Below are positions 40,724-52,410 of a DNA stretch of 64,000 bases, piece after piece. The translations under genes were made by a program, and so were the position numbers. Source of the stretch: Geosiphon pyriformis uo1 (lineage: Eukaryota > Fungi > Glomeromycota); contig JAAOMT010000057.1 in the NCBI GenBank assembly GCA_016748015.1, positions 142,763-206,762 on the forward strand, given 5' to 3'. Position 1 is the stretch's first letter. Each line of letters begins with the position of its first letter. The notes beneath the pieces were generated by a model. The model did not search any database. It worked only from the letters and a program-made list of their open reading frames with translations, and was not told where the DNA came from.

Positions 40724-43700
40724 TTATGTGTGTCTCATTCTTGACAAACAGTCGGCATTAGCATTTTTGGTACCTTCTTTGTATTTGATAATATAATCAT
40801 ATGGTGCTAACATTTGTGACCATCTGGCATATTTTCCTTTTAGCGCTTTCTTGTTATTTAATCAGACCAGACCTCTATGATCTGTCATAATCTCAAAGGG
40901 TTGGTACCGTAAATATGTGTCAAAGTGAACACAACTCCAGACTACTGCTAAGCATTCAAGTTCATGTGCTGTATAGTTTTGTTCTGCCATACTGAGACTT
41001 CTGCTGGCATAAGCGATTACACGTTCTCTTCCATTATCATCTTTTTGTGACAGAATGGCTTCAAGTCCAGTTCCAGAAACATCTGTGGCCAAAATGAATT
41101 TCTTGTTGAAATTCAGATAGATCATTATTGGTGATTCAATGAGCTTTTGTCTAAGGTACTCAAAAGCTTTTTGTTGTGCTTCAGTCCATTCAAACTTCAC
41201 ATTTTTAGATAGTAGATAATTAAGGGGTTTGGTGATGTTTGAAAAGTTTTCTACAAAGCGGCGGTAATAAGATGCGAGTCCTAAAAAGCTTCTAACTTCT
41301 GAAACGTTTCAAGGTACTGGAAAATTTTTTACTTTGTCTATTTTTGATGAATCTGGTTTTATTTCATCTTTTCCAACTACGTGTCCTAAAAATGCTAGCT
41401 CATTTTTTCCAAAGAAACATTTTTCTAGATTTAGTTTAAGTCCAGCATGTCTCAATCTCTCAAAAACTTGTTGTAAATGTTGGAGATGATCCGTGAATTT
41501 TGATGAGAAAACATTTGTATCATCCAAGTAGACAACAACGGATTGCCACAGGATTCCAGAGTAAATTACGTCCATTAATCTTTGGAATGTCGCAGGAGCA
41601 TTTGTTAATCCAAATGGTATTACATTGAACTCATAATTGCCATTTTGTGTTGTGAATGCTGTTTTATGCCTGTTCTTTGGGTCCATTTCCACTTGCCAGT
41701 ACTCACTGGTCAAGTCCAGTGTAGAAAACCATTTTGCTCCTCCAAAAACGTCAAAAATTTCATTAATTAATGGTATTGGGTATGAGTCTTTGGTTGTTTT
41801 GCTGTTTAGTTTGCGATAGTCAACGCAAAATCTAATTTTTCCGTTCTTTTTCCTTACTAAAACAACTGGTGAGGACCATGGGCTCATTGATGGTTGTATT
41901 ATTCCTTTTTCCAACATGCTTTGGACTTTTTCTCTGATAAAATTATGCTTTATTGGTGGGACACGGTAAGCGCGTTGTTTTTCAGGTCTGGCGTCTCCAG
42001 TGGGGATTTGGTGTTGAACCAAGTTGGTTCTTCCAAATTCGCTATTTCTTGAAAATATATCAGAGTATTTTAAAATTAATGCTTTTAATTGTTGCTGTTG
42101 GTCAGGATCCATTGTTCCAATGTTTAATTTGGCCAATTCTTCTGGCATAAATTGATAGCATTCTACTGGTTGTTGCCAATTTATTGAAGTGAGTTCACAG
42201 TAGAGGGCGATTTCTGGGAAATTTAGAATTTCTTGTGGTGTTGACGCGTTTTTTAGCTCTGTTCTAAAGTATCCAATGATGGTATTTTCCAGAATGTAGA
42301 CGGGTTCTTCTGTGGTGTTTGCGATAGGAATTTTTATCCATTGAGCTTTATCAGCTGGAATAAAAAGGTTAGTAAGTCCTATAAGAAACTGTTGACAAGT
42401 TTCTGGGTAGGGCTCAAATATTAAGTCTTTTTCTTTAATTGTCCTTTTTATTCTTATTTCTGATTTTCCATATGGTAGGAGCGTGATAGACCACTCATTT
42501 TTAATTACTTCGCCTTTTTTCTCTATTGTTTCAGCGAAATTTGCTTCAATTCCTTTTTCTGTCGATCCGAAACCAAAAGTTCCTCTCATTGTTTGTGACA
42601 ATTCTTCACGATTTTCCACTGGCACAAATTTCCCAATTTTTACCAATGGTAGGAAAATTGCTTGTGCAATCTTTTCCTTAGATTCAATGGTATAAGGCTT
42701 TTCTGAATTGTTCTGTAGCAAAACCATCAAATTTCCAGTGTATCCGGAGTCAATTACTTCTCCTTGAACACTTATTCCTTTTTTCGCAAGGCTTGATTGC
42801 GATGCTATTTGAACCATTATTCCTGGCGGAATTTCAACCGCTATTTTTAAGTCGATTTTGGTGATGCTCCTGGGTGGTAATGTTGTGGATTGGTCTTCCA
42901 GATAACGTAGATTGAATTCGGCATTGGTTGGATGGGTTCTTTCGGGTATTATTCCTAAGTGCCCATTGTCGAAGTATCGGATGTCAGTCACCTGTTCTAG
43001 GTCAGTATAGGCTACAAATTTTTCTGACTTGGGACCGTCAGGTGAGTCTTGTTGATTTATTGATTGATTTTGAGACTGCTGATTCTCAATTTCCATTTTT
43101 CTTTCTAAGTCCCTTTCGTTTTGACACTCTTTACAGCACTGATTTTGGCATGGGATGAGACAGTTTTTGCAGAGGTAAGTGTTGATTTGGGCGAGGTATT
43201 GTTCTTGCTCTTGTCGAGTGGGACATAGTTGTTGGTAGTAGTTTTGGAATTCGTCCACTGGGTCGAACATGTTGTAGCTGGCAACTTCGTCAGCTACTTC
43301 GGCTGATTCTTTCCAACATCGTATTTCTTCGGTGGTTCTTCCTCTTACTTTGGCTTGTGCGATGTTGTACAACTCGTCCTCGTCGTGTGGGTAGTGCTGT
43401 AGTCTTTTTAACGCTCTGTTGAACGCTGCTTTGAATGGCATTCCTCCTCTTACCCAGTCACAGATGAGGATCATGTATTGGCAAGTTGTGTCACACGTTC
43501 CTCCTCTGTCTGGTAAGTCGTTCCAGTTGCACCCTCTTGGTAACGGTTCTCCACAAGCAAGGCACGGTTCCTCATCCCATTTTCTGTGTCTTTCTGAGTA
43601 ACCGTATTTTTCTTTGTTACAATGGTTACAATAGTAGTGGGTGGGGTTTCTTGGGTCTTCGTCTGGTGTGCTGCACACAGTCATAGACAAGAGTTTCTTC

Positions 43701-46431
43701 TTGCAAACCGAGTATTCTAGCTTTGGTCTGCGTCGCTGGTGGTTTCTTCGTGAACTTACCTGGTTCCATTCGGATCTTTCTTCACTGGTCCACGTTGGTA
43801 TGGCTGGTAGTCCTGTTCTTTGGTCATCAGCCCAAGAGAGCTGATAGGTTTCGATGACTGGAAGTGCTGGATTTTCCTCAAATTTGAAGGTAGGTCTTTG
43901 GTTGGCGCTGGGTTTTTGGAAGTGGCCACAGGTGGCTGGAATTTTGGCCTGGTGGCCATTATAATTGATCAGAAGCTCTTGGGTGGTTCAGTCTAGGGTG
44001 GCGTTGGCTTTTGTTAGCCAGTCATTCCCTACTAATGCTTGATATTGTGTAGCGTCCATTACTAATACTTTTATAAGTATTACTATGCCGTTAATTTCGA
44101 AAGGGAATGAGTCGATTTCGCCATGAGGCAGCTTTGTACTTCCATCGGCTGTTATGATTTGGGACATCGCAGCACGATCAACTTTGAAACCCAGTTGGTT
44201 TACTAGTTGAAGCGTTACGATGCTTCCAGCGGATCTGCTATCTAAGATAAGTTTGATTGGGGTATTATTTACAGTGGCTTCCGTATACATAGCAGTGATT
44301 GGGCGTTTTTTGTCCAATGCTGCTCCACTGAACATAGCCTCGTTTTCCTCTAATTCAAAAGGAAAAATAGCTGCGAGGCTGCTATCTTCGGTGGCAACTG
44401 CTGGTGGTATTGTCTGGCTCAATTTGGAGGAATTCTTGGTTCTGTTTATGTTTCTACCATCATTGTTTTCAATGATCAGGTTTTCCGGTATATTAAGGTA
44501 AGTTTGTTGATAATTTTGGTAGTTTGGATTGGTTTGCTGATTGGTTCTGGCACAGTTTGGATTCCTCTGGACCAATGCGTTCTGGTTCCACATGGGCTGA
44601 TTTCGGGTCTCGGGATGCCAATTCAGGTTGGCTATCATGGGCTGTTGCTGGTAAGCTCTTTGATTTTGATATATGGTGGGATATTGGTGTGGTATTGGCA
44701 TGTACTGGTTTCTGGACATTTGGGGTGGCGCATAGTAATTATTTTCGCATGCTTCCTGCATCATTCGCGTTTGACATTGACTAATCAAATATTCTACACG
44801 TTTGCAAAAATAGCAGACGCGTGTTTCTGTTTTAAATTCCTGGCGTGACGAGCGATTATTTCGACTGTTGCTGACTTCCTGGCTGCGTCTTTGGGGTGGT
44901 TGGTATGTATTTTTTCTCGGATTCGGGATAGGTAACTTTTTATTTTCTTAGAGAGTTCCTTCCCTAATCATGTTACTCTTTTCTCTAATGTTTCTGTCTT
45001 ATTTTCCTCCATTATCATGTTAACTATTTGACTATGGTTAGCTTCTTTCTCAGCCGATTCAAGGGCTCTGGTGAGCGTAATGGCTTCTGGTAAGGAATTA
45101 GGGTGGGCAGGGCGTACTCTTCCTAAAATGCTGCTTTTTAATTCTCTAATAAACTGATTTAAAACCTGAGGATCAGTGTAGTATCCTTGTTCAATTGCTT
45201 CAATCTGATAGCGAATTCGATTGAATCGAGCAAGGTATTGGGTGACAGTTTCACTGGTATTTTGCTTGATAGTATTGAATTTGTTTTGTAGTTGGATTAT
45301 GGCGTTTGGGTTACTAAAATACTCCAGGAGTGCATTTTTAAATTCGGCGAAGCTCATGGGTTTTGTTTCCAGGCTTTGATACCACGAGTCAGCTGTGCCT
45401 TTCAGGAAGAAAAGTAATGTTTGAATTGCTCTTTGGTTGTTCCAGTTATTTGCCTGGATGGCTTTTTGTGCTTCTCTGAGCCATGTGTGCACGTCCGTTT
45501 CTTCTTCTTCTCTTGAGAAATCTGTTAGTCTTGCAATGTATGGTGTGGTCATTTTGTTGCCGTTTTCTGCTGGTGGGTTTATTGGTCTAAGAAGAGGTGG
45601 GATAATATTTCCTTGAGCGTTCCTAAAGGTGGCTTCCCTTATATCCGGTTCTTCTTCTTGATCATGAGTTTCTTGGTTTCTGGACTGGCTGCTTGTTCCA
45701 ATGACTGGTCTTGTGATTGTTTTTTTGCTGGTCTCTTTTTCAGATTCCGATTCAGACTCCTCTTCACAGTTTTCAAACCCCGTTCTAAATTTTGGCTGAA
45801 AAAGAGGGTTTTGGAATAGTGATGAATATCCTCCTGTAATTGGTATGTCTCCCCCATTACGTTGTTTAATTTTATCAATATAACTAGGAGTTCTTGGCGT
45901 TTGTGGAGTTGATGTTGATGATGATGCAGCTCCTAATGGAATTTGTATCTTATTTTCTGGTAAAAAATGGTATGATTTATCTTCTGGTGAATAAATACGT
46001 TGTTTTTTTATTGATTGAGTGACAGTTTTCTTTGGCATTTGAGCTGGTGTTCCTAGTTTTTGCTGGTTACTTTCCTGATTAGTTTCTAAATTTTTTTTGG
46101 TTTTGTTGGCGCATTCTCTAGTGTTTCCTGTGGATATTGGAAAATTTTTGTTGGCGTATTGCTCAATTTCTCGATGGATTTTGACAATAGTTGTGGCTAT
46201 TACTGCTACTTCTTTTGTAGTGTATTGTGATAATTCTCTATACAATCCAAGTTTTGCATCGTGTGGTTCTTCTTTCTTTTCTATATGATAATTTATTCTA
46301 GCATTGATATAATAAGTGAGGGCAGATTCTGCTGGACAACACCCTTCTGGTAATCCAAGATCACTTTGATTTTGTGTGTAAATAGCACAGCAGAATTCAA
46401 GAACAGTAAGATTAGGGGTTTTTGTCGCCAC
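40724..46431 (-). pseudogene. Element B ORF1: Gag-zinc knuckle-protease-Cys-rich domain-dUTPase-RT-RNase H
   Basis: ORF pieces starting 44788, 43690 and 41200 share one frame and are separated only by TGA codons; one 1-nt frameshift near 44930. Motifs CYFCKRV..ISQC, LILDSRS, IDSGYTG/RGTFGFGST, YLDD, ATDVS, NADCLSR. Confidence 0.9.
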
Positions 46432-48887
46432 TTTTGTCTTTTCCTTTTTAGCAATAAATTATTGCTAATTATTATTTCCTTTTTGATTTTCTTTTCTCGT
46501 AGGGTTCACCAAATGTTACGGGATGGTTTTCTTGTTATATTTAATTGCTGATATCCCACTTTAATTGCAATCAGTCTTTCGTGAGTTCTTCAATTCTATT
46601 TGTGTGATAATATCACTGTTACACTGAAGGCTTTCTTTTTACTGTTGCAATGTAAGTTATTCTTTAATTCTTGATTGTTGTGTGTGTTTATGTACTCCTT
46701 CTCAAAGGCTGAACTGAAATCTACCCACTGTCTGAGGTCTTCTCTGAGGCTATTCTTGCAATTGTCTGATGTGTTTCTCTAATCTAGAAACACAGAATGT
46801 TAATGGTCTTTAGTGCTTTTCTAATTCTCACAATAAAGCTTTTATCAATTAGTAACAACGTGAATAATCTTGATCAAGGATTATTCTTCCAAGGGATTCA
46901 GTTGATAAATGATAGTTTCATTCAATAAATAATACAAGTAAGTTTCTTAATATTTTGGGTTGTGATAGTTCCGTTTTAAATATTCTTTTTCATTTCTTTT
47001 TGATTTTTAAAAGTTTCTTGGGATATTTAATTTGAAAGTATGATTTAAAGTGGAGTTTGTTGGATAAAATTGGATCTGTTGCTTGATAAGTTATGATTTT
47101 TATTACTTGATTGATTATTTCCCAATATTAAAACTACTGTATATATACATGTTTGTAGTTCTATGAGAAAATACTTTCTTTTTGATATTTCAACCTGGTG
47201 TTTGCTGCTATCACCAGTTGGTGTTGGCTGCTATTGTGAACTGGTGCTTGCCACTATCGCGAAATGGTGTTTGCTACTATGTTAATTATTACCTTTCTAA
47301 GATTATTACTGTGCTATATTATGATTGAATAGTTTGTATTATTTTTATGATTCTTTTTGCTAAATTCTTAAACCATAACACCATCATGGCCAACAGATGG
47401 AATGACATGAGAGCCTTCCAAGCCATCCCTTATTTTTTCTAGGATACTGCCAACTCATAGTATCAAAGCCTAGCCAACAAACTCCAAGATTTCAATGTAT
47501 TTAAGTTTGCATTCCTACAATATTTTAGTAATAATAATAGCATTAACTGATTGGCAAACATTTTCACCATCATCAAGCAAGGAAAAACTGAAGCAGTCTT
47601 TACTTACTTAGGATGCTTTCACAGGAATTTATGCCAGATCCAAGCCATCGATGCCAATTATTTCACAATGGCCCAGATCCTAAATCAGTTTATTTACAGA
47701 TTATGCAGTAACATCCTACAACATGTACATCCAATGCATTCCATTAATTTACAAGCAGCTGTCACAAACACCAGAGATTTTGAAACTGCTAAATTAGAAG
47801 CCAATTACGCCCAAGCAATAAATCTAGTAATGAATAGATCATCTAACTTGGATTCCAAATTGAAGCAATTCAGTGACTTAATAAATCAGAAATTAGAGGG
47901 ATACTTAGCTGACAATTGCACAATCTATTAATCTTTACAATGATACAATAATTAAGGAAACGCAAATCGTTTTCAAAATCAATTGCATCCATCATCATCA
48001 ACCAATCAACAGTGGCAACAGGAAACACATGTTTGTCACTATTGTGGTAAACAAGGACACCTACAAATCAACTACTGCCATCACTTAAATAATCAATAAT
48101 TAGGAAATCAATATCAAAACTCTGATCACCAGTTTCAAATTCCGAATAATCCACTAAATTCAAAGCCATATTATCAAAATTACTTATCTATAATGCAGCA
48201 GCCACTTTATCAACTACCAGTATATTAAGCACCAATTCATCAACTGATGACACCAGTAATTTATTAGCTGCAGTCTCAGATAATCTATCAGCCTCAATAA
48301 ATTCAAACACTGCCACAGAACTTACCTCAAAACGGAACCCAAAAGTTGAGATTGACCCAACAAAGCTGAAAATTGTCAATGGTAGTTTACCAACCAATCC
48401 CCAGTTCTTCCACACAATCAGTAGGATCTTGACAATGGAATTTGGGCACTGAGTATGCCCAAAACCCAAATTCCCAGAACTATTTAAGTCTCCTGGTTAA
48501 CCCAAAAGACATCCAATCCAATAATCCAGAAACCAACCAACAAACAACACTTACTAGCAATATTTCTTCAGCTACCATCATTGAGAATGAATCACTGGAT
48601 GCCATCTTTCCATTTGAACTCGAAGAACTGTTGACCACACTGTTATTTAGTGGAGCTGTTCTAGAAGAAAAATCTATTACTGCCATGTACATTAATGTCA
48701 AAGTTAACAGCCACTTCATTAAACTAATCTTAGACAGTGGATTAGCTGGCAGCATTATCACAAGACAACTCATGAACCAATTAGGTTGTTGAGTTGACTG
48801 TGCTGCCAGCACCAGAATCATAACTGCTGATGAAACAACCAAAACTCCTATTGGTAAGATTGATGACTTCCCTATCGAAGTTAATGG

Positions 48888-49876
48888 TGTTACCAGTAAA
48901 ATTTTAGCTATTAATTAGCATGAAATTACCCTTATAATTCCTATAATTCATTAGTATATTAATATCATTTCAAATTATCATTTATTATTTAATCAATTAT
49001 CACATATTACGATTTAATTAAAATAATCTAATTAGTATAACAGAAAGTAAGATGATTAAATTACACAATACCCTGAACTTTGTAACATTCAAAATTCGCC
49101 GAAATTTATAAAAATTTGCCGAAATTTACAGAAATTCGCCGAAATTATGAATAGTTCACCCAAATTAATCAATAGTTTAGCAAAATAACTTGTAGTTCAT
49201 CAAAATGTATCTTTAGTTTGCTGGAATTTGGGCAAAGAGAAAAAGTGCAAGTTCATAAACTAGTACTACAACAAGTTGTATAAAAGAAGAGCTTTTCTCT
49301 TCTGGAAAATATATCTTACTTTAGATTTATCACTTAGAACCATTTCTACACACACAAAAGAAATAAATATCAAATAATTTGAAAAACCAAAATTCTTTAA
49401 TTATTACACTTGGAAAATCCCCAAAACCCAACTAACGTTTTGAAATTGATTAGCTACCAATTTCAGTAAACTGTTAGTGACTCCAGGCCTAGATAGAAAA
49501 CGTTTTTCTTGACAAAATTCTATTTTTTTTACATTTCTTTTATTTTCCTTTTCTTTTCTTATTACAATTATTAGGGTAGCCTACAGACAAGATTCCTGTA
49601 GAAGAGTTGACTTTCACAGCAAAGTAACTATACATTTTAGTGAGCTTCCAGACAAGCAATTCCTGGGAAAGAGTTGACATTTACTACAATGTAACTACAT
49701 AAAGTAACTGGCAAGGAATTGGCCATTCCACTTATAAGCCCAGCAGTTCAAATTATAGGAAATAATTTAAAGATAAATTCAGTTATTGGAGGTTCAACTA
49801 CTTCCTGAAAACGTGAGTTCACAGCAAATCAATATTACCAACATTTAAGAAAAGAGACCAAAAACCTCCGGTAACA
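48888..49876 (+). mobile_element. Solo LTR, family C (copy 1)
   Basis: TGTTACC...GGTAACA, exact TSD ATGG, TATA-like gtataaaag ~49278; splits protease codons EVN/GIIVP. Confidence 0.85.
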
Positions 49877-49919
49877 ATGGTATCATTGTCCCAATCAAAG
49901 TACTGGTCATGGAAGCCAC

Positions 49920-50888
49920 TATTACCAGAGGTTTTTGGTCTTTTTTCTTAAATGTTATTAATGTCTGTTTGTTTTAAATTCATGTTTTCGAGAAGTAGTT
50001 AAACCTCCAATAACTGAATTTATCTTCAAATTATCTTCTATAATTTGAACTGCTGGGCTTATAAGTGGAATGGCCAATTCCATGTCAGTTACTTTGTGTA
50101 GTTACATTGTAGTAAACATTAACTCTTTCCCAAGAATTGCTCATCTGGAAGCTCACTAAAAATGTGTAGTTACTTTGCTATAAAAGTCAACTCTTCTACA
50201 GGAATCTTGTCTGTAAACTACTCTAATGATTTGTAATAAAAAAATAAAAGAAAAATAAAAGAAATGTAAAAGAAATAGGATTTTATCAAGGGAAACGTTT
50301 TTTATTTAGGCCTGGAATCACTAACAGTTTATTGAAATTGGTAGCTAATCAATTTCAAAATATTAGTTGTGTTGAGAGAATTTCAAGTGTAATAATTTAA
50401 GGATTTGGTTTTTGAATATTTAATTTTTATTTGGTTTTTGTAAAAAGTAATTTGTTCTAATTAAGATGTCTAAAGTAAGATACTATAGTAAGATATGAGA
50501 AGGATATATTTTCTTGAAAAGAGAAGCTTTTTTTTTATACAACTTGTTGTAGTACTAGTCTTTGAACTTGCATCTTTCTCTTTTCTACAATTTGAGTAAA
50601 CTAAAGATACATTTTGGCAAACTACAAGTTATTTCTATGAATTATTGATTATTTCGGCAATTTTTCATTAATTTCAGTAAATTTTGACTATATTAAATGG
50701 TTCAGGGTATTGTATAATTTGATCATCTTAATTTCTATAGTACAAATCAGATTATTGATTGAGTAATAATATTTGATAATTTGGTTAATTAATAAGTGAT
50801 AATTGAAATAATAATAATATGCTACTTAATAATAAAAATTATGAAGATAATTTTATGCTAATTAATAGCTAAAATTCCACTGGTAACA
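49920..50888 (-). mobile_element. Solo LTR, family C (copy 2, inverted)
   Basis: Reverse complement of copy 1; splits MEAT/QYQAL; TSD not intact. Confidence 0.82.
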
Positions 50889-52219
50889 CCCAATACCAAG
50901 CACTTGTTGGTAATGATTAGTTATCTAAAACCAACACATTGTTTGATTGAAATATGCAGGAGCTTCAAATTAGCCAAAACAGCTGACATACACGTGTACC
51001 AGCCACGTGTGGCCATTTCAAGACCACCAAATCAACAACACCACTCATCGAGTTTGAGGAAGAAGAGAAGAAACCTACCTGAGAAGCCTATTAAGTATTA
51101 TGGGCTGAAGAAAACTACAACAAGTTACCACTAATACTCTTCTGAGATGATAATGGAAAAGAGAAACAAAAGGAAGGACTTACTTGGAATGCTGACCAAA
51201 ACTGGGAAACCAACAATAACTCAAACAAACTACCAACCTGAGAATGGGAAAAAACCAACAAAGAAAAAGAAAAAAAGAAGGAAAAAGATATAATCGAAAA
51301 AACTACCACCATAAAAGAAATAACTAGTGGCTAAGAAAAAGAATATTCACGGAAACTAATCAAGGAGCCACCATATATATCTCTCAAATGTAAAGACTGT
51401 GAGAAGAAACTTTCTTCCATGGAAGCTTGGATCATATCAGACAAAGATTACTGGACACAAACTCATTATTATTGCAAGCCTTGCCACTACGAACACTATG
51501 GCTATCCAAAAAGACAAAACAAGTGGAACAATGAACCCTGTCTTACTTGTGGTAAACAACTACTGGACAAAGGAATGTGGAACAACATTTCTGGACAAGA
51601 AAGAATGTGTGACACTTCATGTCAATACACAATCCTTATTAGTAATTGGGTGAGTTGTGGTATGCCAATAACTGTCACCTGGCACTGTGCGATATCTCGC
51701 TTGGACAGTTACTCACATGATAAAGACAAGATCTAATAGATGGCAAACACCAAAGTAGCAGGTATTATGCCTAGCAAAATATTGAAAATCAAGAACAATC
51801 CTTTGGAGCCAGTCAACATTGTTCTGATTCTCAACCCAGACACTTTCCTAGACCTAAAAGCAGGCCCAGAAGAATTTCATGAGCACTACCAAAATTTGGT
51901 ACCAACAAAAGAGGAACAAAAGCAGCATTTAGCCCAAATAAACACCTGACTATATGACTATTGTTTGATCCCATGTGACTTTTAATATTGTAATGAGTGT
52001 GACTTCATTTACAATCCACTACCATACATGATCTACACAATTCCAGAGGAGGAACCAATTAGTAGCTGCACATCAGAATTGGAATCAACTTTCAATCCTG
52101 ATTCAAACTCCAACAATAATGATGACAAAAATAACAATTCCAGCTCCACGCTGTTATTCATAAAAAGAAGACAAATATAGAAAAAATAGTAAACCAATAA
52201 GTGAATAGTATATAGCACA

Positions 52220-52410
52220 TAAGCACATTGCTCAGCAATATAAAGCAATAATAAAAATCATGGCACATTGCTTAGCAATGTAGAGCAATATCAGAAAACA
52301 TGGCACATTGCTTAGCAATGTGGAATGATGTTAGAAAATGAGAGCACATCATTCAGCAATGTGAGCATTGCTCAAGAAATTATAGCACATTGCTCAGGAA
52401 TGTGAGCGAT
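52220..52410 (+). repeat. ~40-bp tandem array with palindrome CACATTGCTnAGCAATGTG in U3 of family A LTRs (also ~16715-16890, 20410-20600, 36560-36750, 61418-61610)
   Basis: About five units per LTR, upstream of the tatatatag TATA-like box. Confidence 0.9.

Larger units (their letters stand above)
38512..47380 (-). mobile_element. Full-length Ty3/Gypsy element B, least decayed copy
   Basis: LTRs 46514-47380 and 38512->39157 (into gap), TGTTA...TAACA; TSD TCAT/CCAT; PBS TGGTGAACCCTACGAG. Confidence 0.93.

Noticed and set aside
41309-41311. Programmed TGA readthrough or alternative genetic code in TE ORFs
   Set aside because: Stops correspond to CGA/TGG/CAA in paralogous copies and differ between copies; host genes use standard stops.
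48888-50888. Single Mutator/foldback element with ~1-kb TIRs
   Set aside because: Copy 1 has its own TSD and TG...CA ends, and the spacer is in-frame host protease sequence.
52220-52410. CRISPR-like palindromic repeats with spacers
   Set aside because: The spacers are themselves homologous, the array sits in every family A LTR, the genome is eukaryotic, and there are no cas genes.
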